Assembly (NCBI GenBank): GCA_963770565.1
Contig: CAVYQE010000001.1
Location: forward strand, 608,001 to 672,000
Origin: an uncultured Actinomycetota bacterium
Lineage (GTDB): Bacteria > Actinomycetota > Actinomycetes > JAFAQI01
Length of the DNA stretch: 64,000 nucleotides
Direction: 5' to 3'
Made by a program: the position numbers and the translations under genes. The notes under the pieces were generated by a model. The model had not been told where the DNA came from, did no database searches, and saw only the letters and a list, made by a program, of their open reading frames with translations. This document shows, piece by piece, positions 1 through 9,849 of this stretch; position 1 is the stretch's first letter; each line of letters starts with the position of its first letter.

Positions 1-422
1 AGCTGCTCCACGAGGACGACGGCATGGAGGTGCTGCGGCGAGCTGTGGTCGAGGACCACCGCGGCACGTTCAACGTCGCTGCCGACGGGGTGTTGTTGCT
101 CTCGCAGGCGATCCGGCGCTCCGGACGTACATCGGTGCAGTTCCCGTCCCGCGCGGTGACCGTGGTCGGCTCGGCGTTCCGGCGTACCGGTCTGGTGGAC
201 TTCTCACCGGAGCAGCTGCAGTTCCTGCTGTACGGGCGCGGCGTGGCGACCAAACGGTTGGCCGAGGACTTCGGCTACACGACCCGCTACACGACGGTGG
301 AGGCCTTCGACGACTTCGTGTCCGGCAGCGGCCTGCGGCCGGTGATCGACCCGGTCCGGATCGAGGCGGCCGAGGAGCGGCTCGGCGGTTTGCTCGAGCG
401 ACTGAGCCCGGCCCATGTCTGA
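1..422 (+). CDS. NAD-dependent epimerase/dehydratase family protein (5' partial)
   Basis: Frame is open from the window start (..LLHEDDGM..GTFNVAADG..YGRGV..FGY..). Matches the C-terminus of the actinobacterial extended-SDR epimerase that precedes the acyltransferase. Confidence 0.8.
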   Translation, partial: LLHEDDGMEVLRRAVVEDHRGTFNVAADGVLLLSQAIRRSGRTSVQFPSRAVTVVGSAFRRTGLVDFSPEQLQFLLYGRGVATKRLAEDFGYTTRYTTVEAFDDFVSGSGLRPVIDPVRIEAAEERLGGLLERLSPAHV

Positions 423-1377
423 CGCGCGGGTCATCCCGCTGGACGGCGGTGACGGGCCGACCGGGCGTCGCCGCAAGCCGCGTGCGGCTGAGCCGCCACC
501 CGGGCCCGAGGAGCCGGTCGAGGTCGCCGCCGAGGCGCCGGACTGGGAGCGCACGATCGCGGGCGCGATGGCGTTCCTGCGTCGCCGGATCACCGGCGAC
601 TACGAGGTCGACGACTTCGGCTTCGACACCGACCTGACCGACAACGTTCTGCTGCCGCTGATGCGGCCGCTGTACGACAAGTGGTTCCGGGTCGAGATCA
701 ACGGGATCGAGAACGTCCCGGTCGTGGGCGGCGCGTTGATCGTCGCGAACCACTCCGGCACGATCCCGGTCGACGCGGCGATGACGCAGCTGGCGCTCTA
801 CGACCACCATCCGGCGCACCGCCACCTGCGGATGCTCGCCGCCGACCTGGTCTTCACGCTGCCGGTTGTGGCGCCGATGGCCCGCAAGGCCGGGGCGACC
901 CTGGCCTGCAACGAGGACGCCGAGCGACTGCTGGGTGCGGGCGAGCTGGTCGGCGTGTGGCCCGAGGGCTTCAAGGGCATCGGCAAGCCGTTCAGCGAGC
1001 GCTACAAGCTGCAGCGCTTCGGCCGCGGTGGCTTCGTGTCGGCGGCGTTGCGGTCCGGCGTACCGATCATTCCCTGCTCGATCGTCGGCGCGGAGGAGAT
1101 CTACCCGCTGATCGGCAACATCCCGGCGCTGGCGCGCGCGTTCGGGCTGCCCTACATCCCGATCACGCCGTTCTTCCCGCTGCTCGGGCCGCTCGGCCTG
1201 TTGCCGCTGCCGTCGAAGTGGATCATCGAGTTCGGCGAGCCGATCGAGACCGACAAGATCGGCTCCGGCGGCGCGGACGACCCGATGCTCGTGTTCAACC
1301 TGACCGACCAGATCCGCGAGACCATCCAGCAGACCCTTTACAAGCTCCTTCTCGCCCGACGCAGCGTCTTCTTCTGA
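415..1377 (+). CDS. lysophospholipid/glycerol acyltransferase (PlsC family)
   Basis: NHSGTIPVD (HX4D-type) and WPEG motifs; actinobacterial VDDFGFD N-terminal motif. Confidence 0.9.
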   Translation: MSDARVIPLDGGDGPTGRRRKPRAAEPPPGPEEPVEVAAEAPDWERTIAGAMAFLRRRITGDYEVDDFGFDTDLTDNVLLPLMRPLYDKWFRVEINGIENVPVVGGALIVANHSGTIPVDAAMTQLALYDHHPAHRHLRMLAADLVFTLPVVAPMARKAGATLACNEDAERLLGAGELVGVWPEGFKGIGKPFSERYKLQRFGRGGFVSAALRSGVPIIPCSIVGAEEIYPLIGNIPALARAFGLPYIPITPFFPLLGPLGLLPLPSKWIIEFGEPIETDKIGSGGADDPMLVFNLTDQIRETIQQTLYKLLLARRSVFF

Positions 1378-1384
1378 CCGCCTG

Positions 1385-1469
1385 CCGAGCAATGTCACAT
1401 TGCCCCCCACTCCGTGGGGGCAATGTGACACCACCCCCACGAACAGCGGGGCAATGTGACATTGCTCGG
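1385..1469. repeat. 85-bp palindromic REP/MITE-like element, family A, copy 1
   Basis: Perfect 22-bp terminal inverted repeat CCGAGCAATGTCACATTGCCCC / GGGGCAATGTGACATTGCTCGG. Core GCAATGT(C/G)ACA at 1389, 1420 and 1451. Lies between convergent stop codons. Confidence 0.92.
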
Positions 1470-2372
1470 TCAGGATCTGAGGGCGCGGCGGACTGAGGCG
1501 ATTGCGCTGTTGTGGCGGCGGTGCATGGCGAGGCCGACCGCGATTCCGCCGGCGATCGCTCCCGCACCTGCAGCAGCCGGTACGCCGATCTTTGCCGCCT
1601 TGCGTCCGGTGCGGAAGTCCCGCACATCCCACCCGCGCTCGCGGGCGATCCGCTTGAGCTGAGCATCGGGGTTCACCGCTACCGGGTGGCCGACGGTCGT
1701 GAGCATCGGCAGGTCGTTGGCGCTGTCGGAGTACGCCGAGCACTGCGCGAGGTCGAGGCCCTCCTTCGCGGCCAGCGCGATGATCGCCTCGGCCTTGGCC
1801 GGGCCGTGCAACGGCTCACCGACCAGCCGGCCGGTGTAGATCCCGCCCTTGATCTCCGACACGGTGCCGAGCGCGCCGGTCAGCCCCAGCCGGCGGGCGA
1901 GCAGGGAGGCGAGCTCGGCCGGCGCAGCGGTCACCAGCCAGACCCGCTGCCCGGCATCGAGATGCAGCTGGGCAAGGGCGCGGGTGCCGGACCAGATCTT
2001 GTCCGCGATCAGCTCGTCGTAGATGTCCTCGGCGAGCGTGGTGACCTCGACGACCGAGTGACCGGCGATGAACCCGAGCGCGGCCTGCTTCGCCTCCTCC
2101 ATGTGCTCGAGGTCCTCGGTCCCGCTGAGGCGGAACGCCACCTGCTTCCAGGCGAACGCGGCCAGGTCACGCCAGGTGAAGAAGTCGCGCGCCGCCAGCC
2201 CGCGGGCGAAGTGGTAGATCGACGCGCCCTGCAGCATCGTGTTGTCGACGTCGAAGAAGCCGGCCGCGTGCGGATCGACCGGGATCGCGAGGCTCGCCTC
2301 GACCTCGGCAACCGCCGCCGAGGCCATGCCCGCCTCGACGGCGCTGCGCCGCGATCGCGACCTGGCGGCCAT
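1470..2372 (-). CDS. HAD-IB family hydrolase (SerB-like)
   Basis: FFDVDNT motif I and [11 protein letters not shown] motif. The start at 2372 is supported by a TAGGCT -10 hexamer 7 nt upstream. The 998-aa ORF extension is antisense shadow of the PBP. Confidence 0.88.
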   Translation of the reverse strand: MAARSRSRRSAVEAGMASAAVAEVEASLAIPVDPHAAGFFDVDNTMLQGASIYHFARGLAARDFFTWRDLAAFAWKQVAFRLSGTEDLEHMEEAKQAALGFIAGHSVVEVTTLAEDIYDELIADKIWSGTRALAQLHLDAGQRVWLVTAAPAELASLLARRLGLTGALGTVSEIKGGIYTGRLVGEPLHGPAKAEAIIALAAKEGLDLAQCSAYSDSANDLPMLTTVGHPVAVNPDAQLKRIARERGWDVRDFRTGRKAAKIGVPAAAGAGAIAGGIAVGLAMHRRHNSAIASVRRALRS

Positions 2373-2426
2373 GCTCCTCAGCCTAGTGTCCGGCACATCG
2401 CCGAGAGCTCTGGTTAGGGTCGAGGG

Positions 2427-4412
2427 GTGCCCGCCGCGACCCCGCCGAGCCGGTTGCCGGCCGGTCGCAGCCCGGCCGCCCGGCGCAGCGCCGCGTCCGC
2501 GGTCGCCGCTCGGGAGTCCCGCTCGCGCCAGGAACGCCGCCGCCGCCGTCAGGTGCTGATCTGGTTCGTCGTCGCCGTACTGGTGGCCGTGGGCACCTTC
2601 GTTTCGGGCCTGGTCGCCGCGCCGCTTAACTACAACTTCCAGCCGGTGCCGCCCAAGTCGGTGCTTCTGCTCGACTCGGCCGGCCAGCCGTTCGCCACCA
2701 TTCGCTCGCCGCAGGTCGAGGACCCGGTGCGGGGATCGCAGATCCCGCTCGTGATGCGACAGGCGATCGTCGCGGCCGAGGACCAGCGGTTCTACTCGAG
2801 CGTCGGGATCGACCCGGTCGCGATCGCCCGGGCGGCGTGGCGCGACATCACCGGCCATCAGATCCAGGGCGGGTCGACGATCACCCAGCAGTACGTGAAG
2901 AACGTCTACACCGGCAGCCAGCGCACGCCGTTGCGCAAGCTGCGCGAGGCGTCCTTGGCGATCCGGCTCGAGCAGCACCTCACCAAGGACGAGATCCTCA
3001 CCCGATACCTCAACACCCTGTACCTGGGCAACGGCACGGCCGGAGTGGAGGCGGCGAGCCGGTTCTACTTCGGCGTCCCGGTCTCCTCGCTCGGGCTTAA
3101 CACCGCGACCGGCAAGCAGGACCCGTCGCTGGCGCTGGCCCGAGCGGCCACCCTGGCCGGCATCGCGCCCGCGCCGTCGGACTGGAACCCGCTGCAGGAT
3201 CCCCAGCAGGCGCGGGCCCGCGAGCTCTACGTGCTCAACCGGATGCAGGTGTCCGGCTACATCAACTCCGAGCAGGCCGGCGACGCGTACGGTACGTCGC
3301 TCCCGCCGATCGTCGCCGCCGCCGAGCCCGAGGCGCAGACCATCGCGCCGGAGTTCCGCGACCTCATCGCTCAACAGCTTCAGCACTACGGGGACTCGAC
3401 GCTGTTCACCTCGGGCGGCATGCAGGTACGGACCACCCTCGACCTGAGCCTCCAGCAGGCGGCCACTGAGGCGCTCAGCGAGGTGCTGCCCAAGCAGCAC
3501 GGGCTCAACGCGGTGGTCGTGGCCGTCGACCCACGTAACGGCGATCTCCGCGCGCTCGCCGAGCACAAGGCGGGCGGATACGTCCAGAACGGCGAGGACC
3601 TGGCCGACCCGCCGGTGGCCGACATCACCCGCTCCTCCGGCTCGACGATCAAGCCGTTCACGCTGGCGGTGGCGCTGGAGCACGGGCATGCCCTGGATGA
3701 GACGGTCCAGGCGCCCGAATGCGTCCAGATCACCGCCGGCTACCGGCCGTGCAATGCCGAGGGTGGCGCCGGCACCTACACGCTCCAGACCGCGCTCGAG
3801 CAGTCCATCAACACCGTCTACGCGCCGCTCGCCGTTGACGTCGGGCTGAACCGCGTCGTGGCCTTCGCCAAGCGGGCCGGGATGGTGGTGGGTCGGCTCG
3901 ACAGCGGTCGGTCCTGCGGGGCCCGCAAGGGCTCGATCTGCCCGTCGTACGCGCTGGGGATCCCGGTCAGCCCGCTGTCCGAAGCGGATGCCTACGGGTC
4001 GTTCGTGGATCAGGGCGTCCACCATGCGGTGCGCAGCATTCTGGCGGTGCGGACGCCGGCCCAGGGCGAGTTGTTCCGGGCCGCGCCGCTGCCGGCCGGC
4101 AAGCGGGTGATGCCGGCGAAGATCGCCGACGACGTGACCACGGCGATGCAGGGTGTCGTGGACTCCGGCACCGGGATGGCCGCCCGTCAACCGTTCCCGG
4201 TCTACGGCAAGACCGGGACGACCGACCACTTCACCGATGCCTGGTTCACCGGGTGCACCCGCACGCTGTGCATCACGATCTGGATGGGCGACACGAATCC
4301 GCGTGAGCTGCGGGACGCGAGCGGTGCGCCGGTGTACGGCGGGACGCTGCCGGCGAAGCTGTTCGCGCAGACCTTTGCCGACTATCGGGCGGTGCAGAGC
4401 GGGCAGTCCTAG
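2427..4412 (+). CDS. class A penicillin-binding protein (transglycosylase/transpeptidase)
   Basis: N-terminal TM segment. GT51 motifs [22 protein letters not shown] and YLNTLYLG. Transpeptidase motifs STIK, SIN and KTG. Confidence 0.93.
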   Translation: MPAATPPSRLPAGRSPAARRSAASAVAARESRSRQERRRRRQVLIWFVVAVLVAVGTFVSGLVAAPLNYNFQPVPPKSVLLLDSAGQPFATIRSPQVEDPVRGSQIPLVMRQAIVAAEDQRFYSSVGIDPVAIARAAWRDITGHQIQGGSTITQQYVKNVYTGSQRTPLRKLREASLAIRLEQHLTKDEILTRYLNTLYLGNGTAGVEAASRFYFGVPVSSLGLNTATGKQDPSLALARAATLAGIAPAPSDWNPLQDPQQARARELYVLNRMQVSGYINSEQAGDAYGTSLPPIVAAAEPEAQTIAPEFRDLIAQQLQHYGDSTLFTSGGMQVRTTLDLSLQQAATEALSEVLPKQHGLNAVVVAVDPRNGDLRALAEHKAGGYVQNGEDLADPPVADITRSSGSTIKPFTLAVALEHGHALDETVQAPECVQITAGYRPCNAEGGAGTYTLQTALEQSINTVYAPLAVDVGLNRVVAFAKRAGMVVGRLDSGRSCGARKGSICPSYALGIPVSPLSEADAYGSFVDQGVHHAVRSILAVRTPAQGELFRAAPLPAGKRVMPAKIADDVTTAMQGVVDSGTGMAARQPFPVYGKTGTTDHFTDAWFTGCTRTLCITIWMGDTNPRELRDASGAPVYGGTLPAKLFAQTFADYRAVQSGQS

Positions 4413-4453
4413 CCGGCCTCGGCGGCGTTCCGGACCAGGTTCCGGGCGCTTGC

Positions 4454-4468
4454 AAGTGTGAAACACTT
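4454..4468. promoter_or_regulatory. palindromic putative operator overlapping the acyl-CoA synthetase promoter
   Basis: AAGTGT-GAA-ACACTT dyad ending 6 nt before ATG 4475. Confidence 0.4.
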
Positions 4469-4474
4469 TGCGGT

Positions 4475-5992
4475 ATGGCCGCCCGCAACCTCGCTGATCT
4501 GGTGCGGGATGCGGCCGAGGCCAACCCGGACAAGATCGCGCTGATCGACGGCGAGGTCACGGTCACCTGGGCCGAGCTCGACGCCCTGGTCGCCCGAGCC
4601 GCGAACGGGTTGCGCGCGGCCGGCTGCGAGGTGGGAGACCGGGTCGGGATCCTGCTTCCCAACTGCATCGAGTTCGCGACCGCGTACTTCGGGACGTTGC
4701 GCGCGGGCTTCGTCGCCGTACCGTTCAACACCGCCTACACCCCGCACGAGCTGCGATTCCAGCTAGCGGATGCGTCGGTGCGGCTGGTGGTCACCGACAC
4801 CGCCCACCTGAGTCAGCTCGGCGATCTCACCGAGGACTCGCTCGTGGTGGTCGGAGCCGAGTCGGGCTCGTGGCAGCAGCTGCTCGATGCCGGCGACGCC
4901 GGACCGGCGGCCGGTGACCCGGTCGGCGGCGAGGACCTTGCGCTGCTGCTCTACACCTCCGGTACTTCGGGCCGCCCGCGCGGCGCGATGCTGAGCCATC
5001 GCGCGCTGCTGGCCAACCTCGACCAACTGCACGCGATCGAGCCACCGGTCGCGACGCCCGACGATCGGGTGCTGTTGGTGCTGCCGCTCTTCCACGTTTA
5101 CGGGCTCAACTCCGGGCTCGGCCTGGTCGCGCGGATCGGCGCGACCGGGGTGCTGGCCCGCCGGTTCGACCCGATCGAGACGCTGGCGCTCGTCCACGAC
5201 CAGCAGGTCAGCTGCATCGTCGGCGCCCCCCCGATGTACGTCGCGTGGGCGGCGCTCCCGAAGCTCGGCGAGGGTCTGAGCTCAGTGCGCCTGGCGCTGT
5301 CGGGTGCGGCGCCACTGCCCCCGGCCGTGGTCGCAGCCATTCTCGAGGCCAGCGGACATCACGTCTTCGAGGGTTACGGCCTGACCGAGACGGCTCCGGT
5401 GCTGACCACGACGCTGTGCAGCCCGGTCGCAAAGGCCGGCAGCGTCGGACGACCGGTTCCAGGTGTCGAGGTCAAGATCCTCGACGACGCCGAGGAGGAG
5501 GTCGACGAGCACGATCCCGGTGAGTTGATCGTGCGTGGCGACAACCTGTTCTCCGGCTACTGGCCGGACGCCGAGGGCGGCCCGGACGCCGAGGGCTGGT
5601 TCCGGACCGGCGACATCGCCTACGCCGACGCCGAGGGCGACCTGTATCTCGTGGACCGGGCTCGCGAGCTGATCCTCGTTAGCGGTTTCAACGTCTATCC
5701 GCGCGAGGTGGAAGATGCGCTCGCCGACCACGAGGCGGTCGACGAGGTGGCGGTGATCGGCGTCCCGCACCTCTACACCGGCGAGACCGTGAAGGCGCTC
5801 GTGGTGCTGAAGCCGGGCGCGATCGCGACCGAGGACGAGTTGATCGGGTACGCCGCGTCACGACTCGCGCGGTTCAAGTGCCCGACCGTCGTCGAGTTCG
5901 TCGCGTCGCTGCCGCACTCGCTCACCGGCAAGGTGTCGAAGGGCAGGCTGCGGGCGGACGCGGCTGCCAAGTCGGCCGCCAGCAGCGAGTGA
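4475..5992 (+). CDS. long-chain fatty acid-CoA ligase (AMP-binding, ANL family)
   Basis: [24 protein letters not shown] and [11 protein letters not shown] motifs; terminal TGK. Confidence 0.92.
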   Translation: MAARNLADLVRDAAEANPDKIALIDGEVTVTWAELDALVARAANGLRAAGCEVGDRVGILLPNCIEFATAYFGTLRAGFVAVPFNTAYTPHELRFQLADASVRLVVTDTAHLSQLGDLTEDSLVVVGAESGSWQQLLDAGDAGPAAGDPVGGEDLALLLYTSGTSGRPRGAMLSHRALLANLDQLHAIEPPVATPDDRVLLVLPLFHVYGLNSGLGLVARIGATGVLARRFDPIETLALVHDQQVSCIVGAPPMYVAWAALPKLGEGLSSVRLALSGAAPLPPAVVAAILEASGHHVFEGYGLTETAPVLTTTLCSPVAKAGSVGRPVPGVEVKILDDAEEEVDEHDPGELIVRGDNLFSGYWPDAEGGPDAEGWFRTGDIAYADAEGDLYLVDRARELILVSGFNVYPREVEDALADHEAVDEVAVIGVPHLYTGETVKALVVLKPGAIATEDELIGYAASRLARFKCPTVVEFVASLPHSLTGKVSKGRLRADAAAKSAASSE

Positions 5993-6237
5993 GCGAGCCG
6001 GCCCCGCGCGTCGTCGTACTCGTCACGCCCGGTTGCCACTTGTGCGCGGACGCGTGCGCGGCCGTCGGCGCGGTCTGTGCCGAACTCTCGATCGGCTGGT
6101 CGTCGCGCGAGCTCAGCGAGCTCGACGAGGCAAGCCAGGCCCGGTGGCGCGAGTACGTGCCGGTGGTTCTGGTGGACGGCGACGTCCACGACATCTTCCG
6201 GGTCGACGCCGACCGGCTGCGCGCCGCCCTGCACTGA
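5989..6237 (+). CDS. glutaredoxin-like protein (DUF836)
   Basis: GCHLC CxxC and VPVVLVDG motifs; GTGA overlap with the upstream gene; usual neighbour of rex in actinobacteria. Confidence 0.85.
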   Translation: MSEPAPRVVVLVTPGCHLCADACAAVGAVCAELSIGWSSRELSELDEASQARWREYVPVVLVDGDVHDIFRVDADRLRAALH

Positions 6238-6239
6238 CC

Positions 6240-6284
6240 CACGCATGGCCCATCAGTGGGGCCATAGCCCCACCCATGGGCCAT
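6240..6284. repeat. palindromic repeat, family B (inverted form of the 31-bp unit at 14.6 kb)
   Basis: ATGGCCCATCAGTGGGGC-CATA-GCCCCACCCATGGGCCAT hairpin between convergent stops. The two arms match opposite strands of the 14636-14787 unit. Confidence 0.85.
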
Positions 6285-6297
6285 TGGTGGGGTTCGG

Positions 6298-7503
6298 CTA
6301 GTCGCCGACGCTGACGGCCTCGGCCTGGGCGAGCCACTCGCGCTGGGTGGCGAGCGCGGCCTCGGTCTCGGCGACCAGCTTGCCGTCCCCGGCCGCCTGG
6401 GCCCGGCCCAATCGGGCCTCGAGCTTGCCGACCGACTCCCTCAATCGCAGCACCAGCGTCGACTCGGTCACCTGCACCTTGCGGCCGGCCGCAGTGGCGT
6501 CGCGGATCCGCCGCTCGATCTGCTCGAGCTGGTCCTCGAGAGAGTCCTTGGCGTCGCGCGGGACGTGCCCGACCTTCTCCCAGCGGTCGTGGATCGTGCG
6601 CAGTCGCTTGCGGGCGCCGTCGGGGTCGGCGCCGGCGTCGAGCGACTCGGCCTCGGTGAGCAGCGCCTGCTTGGCCTCGAGGTTGGCCTTCAGCTCGGAG
6701 TCGCGCGCGGCGAAGACCTCGGACCGGCGGGTGAAGAAGGCGTCCTGAGCGGTCTTGAACCGCTGCCACAACTCCTGCTCCACCTCCCGGGCGGCTCGTC
6801 CGGAGGCCTTCCATTCGGTCATCAGCTCGCGGAACCGCTTCGCGGTCGGAGCCCACTCGGTCGACCCGGCGAGCTTCTCGGCTTCGTTCGCCAGCTTCGT
6901 CTTGTGCTCGGCGGCCACGCCGCGCTGCTGATCGACCTCGGCGAAGTGGGTCCGGCGGCGGGAGTCGAACTGCCGGCGCGCCTTGGACAGCTGGTCCCAG
7001 AGCGTCGCGTCGGTCCGCCGGTCGACGCCGCGGATTCCCTTCCACTCCTCGACGATTGCGCGATAGCGCTCGCCGCTCGCGCGCCAGCTGTCGCTGGTCG
7101 ACAGCTTCTCCGCCTCGGCCACCAAGGCCCGCTTTTGATCAGCCGCCGCGGTTGCGGCCGCGGCCCGCTCAGCCGCCTTCGCCGCCTGGCGTTCGGCGAT
7201 CGTGACCAGTACGGCGTCGAGGCGCTGCACCAGGCTGTCGAGGTCGCCGAGCGCGGCGGCCGACGGCACGACCTCGCGCAGCTTCCGGGCCGCGGTGCCG
7301 ACGGCCGACGGATCGCTCGCGGGGGACTGCGCCCGCCCTTCGAGCAGGGTGACCTCGGCGGCTAGCTCGGTGTAGCGACGGGCATAGAACTCGATGCCGT
7401 CGTCCGGGCTCCCGGCGTGCCACGAGCCGATGACCCGTTCGCCATCGGCGGTGCGCACGTACACCGTGCCGTCATCGTCGATGCGGCCCCATTCGCTGCT
7501 CAT
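6298..7503 (-). CDS. DUF349 domain-containing coiled-coil protein
   Basis: WGRIDDDGTVYVRT N-terminus and three K..L..EAE..W helical repeats. Confidence 0.88.
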   Translation of the reverse strand: MSSEWGRIDDDGTVYVRTADGERVIGSWHAGSPDDGIEFYARRYTELAAEVTLLEGRAQSPASDPSAVGTAARKLREVVPSAAALGDLDSLVQRLDAVLVTIAERQAAKAAERAAAATAAADQKRALVAEAEKLSTSDSWRASGERYRAIVEEWKGIRGVDRRTDATLWDQLSKARRQFDSRRRTHFAEVDQQRGVAAEHKTKLANEAEKLAGSTEWAPTAKRFRELMTEWKASGRAAREVEQELWQRFKTAQDAFFTRRSEVFAARDSELKANLEAKQALLTEAESLDAGADPDGARKRLRTIHDRWEKVGHVPRDAKDSLEDQLEQIERRIRDATAAGRKVQVTESTLVLRLRESVGKLEARLGRAQAAGDGKLVAETEAALATQREWLAQAEAVSVGD

Positions 7504-7631
7504 CGTGACGAATCCTCACATGTGACGGCCTTGAACGGTAGGCCACCGGTGTCTCCGCAGGTAACGCCCGGCGGGTCGCAGCGCGTACCGCGGTTGCCGG
7601 TCGATGCCGGCTTCACAACCGCACAACCGTT

Positions 7632-7649
7632 TTGTGCACATCTTCACAA
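7632..7649. promoter_or_regulatory. Rex operator (ROP) upstream of rex-hem operon
   Basis: TTGTGCACATCTTCACAA fits the Rex consensus TTGTGAA-N4-TTCACAA with one mismatch. Rex autoregulation of rex-hemACD is established in Streptomyces. Confidence 0.88.
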
Positions 7650-7697
7650 GCGGGTTACAGTCGGTTCAGGACGCTGACGCGATGGTTGGGAGCCAGG

Positions 7698-8444
7698 ATG
7701 ACGACGGCTGACCCGACCTCGAACGGATCCGGGCTCGCCTCGGTCGATGCGTCGGCCCCCGGATCCAACGGAACCGCCCCGCGCGGGCGCTCGCGGCGGC
7801 GCGGCGGCATCTCCGAGGCGACCGTGGCCCGACTGCCGGTTTACCTGCGGGTGCTGAGCTCGCTCGCTGAGGGCGGCGTCGGCACCATCTCCTCCGACCT
7901 GCTGGCCCGGGCCGCGGGCGTCGGGCCGGCCAAGCTGCGCAAGGACCTGTCCCACCTCGGCTCCTACGGGACGCGAGGCGTCGGGTACGACGTCGATTTC
8001 CTCGTCTACCAGATCTCCCGCGCGTTGGGGCTCACCCAGCACTACAGCGTCGTGATCGTCGGGGTCGGCAACCTCGGTCAGGCGCTGGCCGGCTACGGGG
8101 GGTTCGGGACCCGCGGATTCCGGGTCGCGGCGCTGGTCGACGCCGACCGGGGCAGGGTCGGTGAGGTGATTGCCGGGGTCGAGGTCCGCCACGTCGACGA
8201 GCTCGAGGCGATCCTCGCCGAGCAGGAGGTCTCGATCGGTGTGATCGCCACTCCCGCCTCCGCGGCGCAGGACGTGTGCGACCGGTTGATCGGCGCCGGG
8301 GTCACCAGCGTGCTCAACTTCGCTCCGGTCGTGCTCTCGGTCCCCGACGGGGTCGACCTGCGCAAAGTCGACCTCTCGATCGAGCTGCAGATCCTGGCCT
8401 TCCACGAGCAGCGCAAGTCCGTCGTCGGGCCGGAGAACTCATGA
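7698..8444 (+). CDS. rex: redox-sensing transcriptional repressor Rex
   Basis: ATVARLPVYLR, LRKDLSHLG..G.RGVGY, GVGNLG NAD(H) loop and LNFAP motifs. Confidence 0.96.
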   Translation: MTTADPTSNGSGLASVDASAPGSNGTAPRGRSRRRGGISEATVARLPVYLRVLSSLAEGGVGTISSDLLARAAGVGPAKLRKDLSHLGSYGTRGVGYDVDFLVYQISRALGLTQHYSVVIVGVGNLGQALAGYGGFGTRGFRVAALVDADRGRVGEVIAGVEVRHVDELEAILAEQEVSIGVIATPASAAQDVCDRLIGAGVTSVLNFAPVVLSVPDGVDLRKVDLSIELQILAFHEQRKSVVGPENS

Positions 8445-8530
8445 GCGAGTACCGAAGCGAAGCGGAGGTGGCTCGCTCCAACGTCATTTGCGTTTCCGCA
8501 TTGGTGCGCCCCGTTGGGAGGCATCAATGA
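8441..8530 (+). other. MIRU-like intergenic insert encoding a 29-aa coupling mini-ORF
   Basis: The ATG overlaps the rex TGA and the TGA overlaps the hemA ATG. ATGAGC is duplicated at 8441 and 8527. Internal GAGCGAG...CTCGCTC hairpin. Confidence 0.6.
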
Positions 8531-9849
8531 GCCTGTTGGCGATCGGGCTGTCGCACCGCTCGACTCCGGTCGATCTGCTCGAGCGGGTCGTGATCGACAC
8601 GGATGCGATCGCGAAGCTGCTGGCCGACCTGGTCGGATCGGAGCACGTCGACGAAGCGCTCGTGCTCGCCACCTGCAACCGGCTGGAAGTGCATGCCGAG
8701 GTCCGCAAGTTCCACGGCGGGGTGCAGGAGATCAGCGAGCGGCTCGCGGCGCACACCGGCGTCGACCTGGAGACGCTGACCGAGCATCTCTACGTCCACT
8801 ACGAGGACCGCGCGGTTCAGCACCTGTTCGCGGTCGCGGCCGGACTCGACTCGATGGTGATCGGTGAGCAACAGATCCTCGGCCAACTGCGGGCAGCCCT
8901 CAACCTCGGCCGGACCGAGCACACCGTGCTGCGGTCGCTCGGCACGGTGGTCGACCACGCGCTGCGGGTCGGCAAGCGAGCCCACTCCGAGACCGGCATC
9001 GACCAGGCCGGGCGCTCGCTCGTGTCGGTCGGAGTCGACCTGGCCGAGCGCTCGCTCGACGGTCTGGCCGGGCGGAGCGCGGTGGTGGTCGGGGCGGGTG
9101 CGATGAGCTCGCTGGCCGCGACCGAGCTGCACACCCGGGGGATCGAGACACTGACGATCGTCAACCGGACGCCCGACCACGCCAAGCGGCTCGCCGCCCA
9201 GGTCGGCGGCACGGCCGCACCCATGTCGGCGCTCAGCGAGGTGCTGCGCGAGGCGGATGTCGTGATCTCGTGTACGGGCGCGGTCGGCACCATCGTCGGT
9301 GTGGACGGGCTGGACGATCGTGGTGGTCGGCCGGTGTTCGTCCTCGACCTGGCGATGCCGAGAGACGTGGACCCGGCGGTGGCTGCGCTGCCCGGCGTCA
9401 CGGTCGCCGATCTCGACTCGCTCGGCGCCAACCTCGACACCGCCGCGATCGAAGCCGACATCGAGGCGGTGCGCCGGATCGTGACCGACGCGGTCGGCGC
9501 CTACCTTGCCAAGCAGCGGGCCGACCGGGTGGCACCGACCGTCGTGGCCCTCCGGGCCCGCGCCCAACAGGTGGTCGACGCCGAGCTCACCCGGCTGCTC
9601 GGCCGGCTCCCGGACGCTGACGAGCGGCTTACCCGCGAGCTGCGATCGACGGTGGAGCGGGTGGTCGAGAAGCTGTTGCACGCGCCGACCGTGCGGGTCA
9701 AGGAGCTGGCCGAGGCGCCGGGCGGGGACTCGTACGCCGAGGCGCTGCGTGAGCTGTTCGCGCTCGATCCGGCCGCGACTGAGGCGGTCACACGCGCCGA
9801 CGTAGTCGTCGAGGAGACCGCGCGGCCCGAGACCGGGCCGGGCCAGTGA
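8527..9849 (+). CDS. hemA: glutamyl-tRNA reductase
   Basis: TCNRLE, GLDSMVIGEQQILGQ, GAGAMS and DLAMPRDV motifs. Confidence 0.97.
   Translation: MSLLAIGLSHRSTPVDLLERVVIDTDAIAKLLADLVGSEHVDEALVLATCNRLEVHAEVRKFHGGVQEISERLAAHTGVDLETLTEHLYVHYEDRAVQHLFAVAAGLDSMVIGEQQILGQLRAALNLGRTEHTVLRSLGTVVDHALRVGKRAHSETGIDQAGRSLVSVGVDLAERSLDGLAGRSAVVVGAGAMSSLAATELHTRGIETLTIVNRTPDHAKRLAAQVGGTAAPMSALSEVLREADVVISCTGAVGTIVGVDGLDDRGGRPVFVLDLAMPRDVDPAVAALPGVTVADLDSLGANLDTAAIEADIEAVRRIVTDAVGAYLAKQRADRVAPTVVALRARAQQVVDAELTRLLGRLPDADERLTRELRSTVERVVEKLLHAPTVRVKELAEAPGGDSYAEALRELFALDPAATEAVTRADVVVEETARPETGPGQ

Noticed and set aside
1385-1469. Mini-CRISPR, or CRP/Rex site, in the family A element
   Set aside because: Only three cores are present, with 16-nt self-complementary spacers. 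TCACA precedes TGTGA, the opposite order to CRP/Rex dyads. Copies sit at gene 3' ends.
2373-4466. 998-aa minus-strand ORF as a giant fusion protein
   Set aside because: Only the C-terminal ~300 aa have HAD motifs; the rest is the antisense shadow of the PBP gene.
7516-7525. TCACATGTGA palindrome upstream of the DUF349 gene
   Set aside because: Only 10 bp long, does not fit CRP or Rex spacing, and is not repeated in the window.
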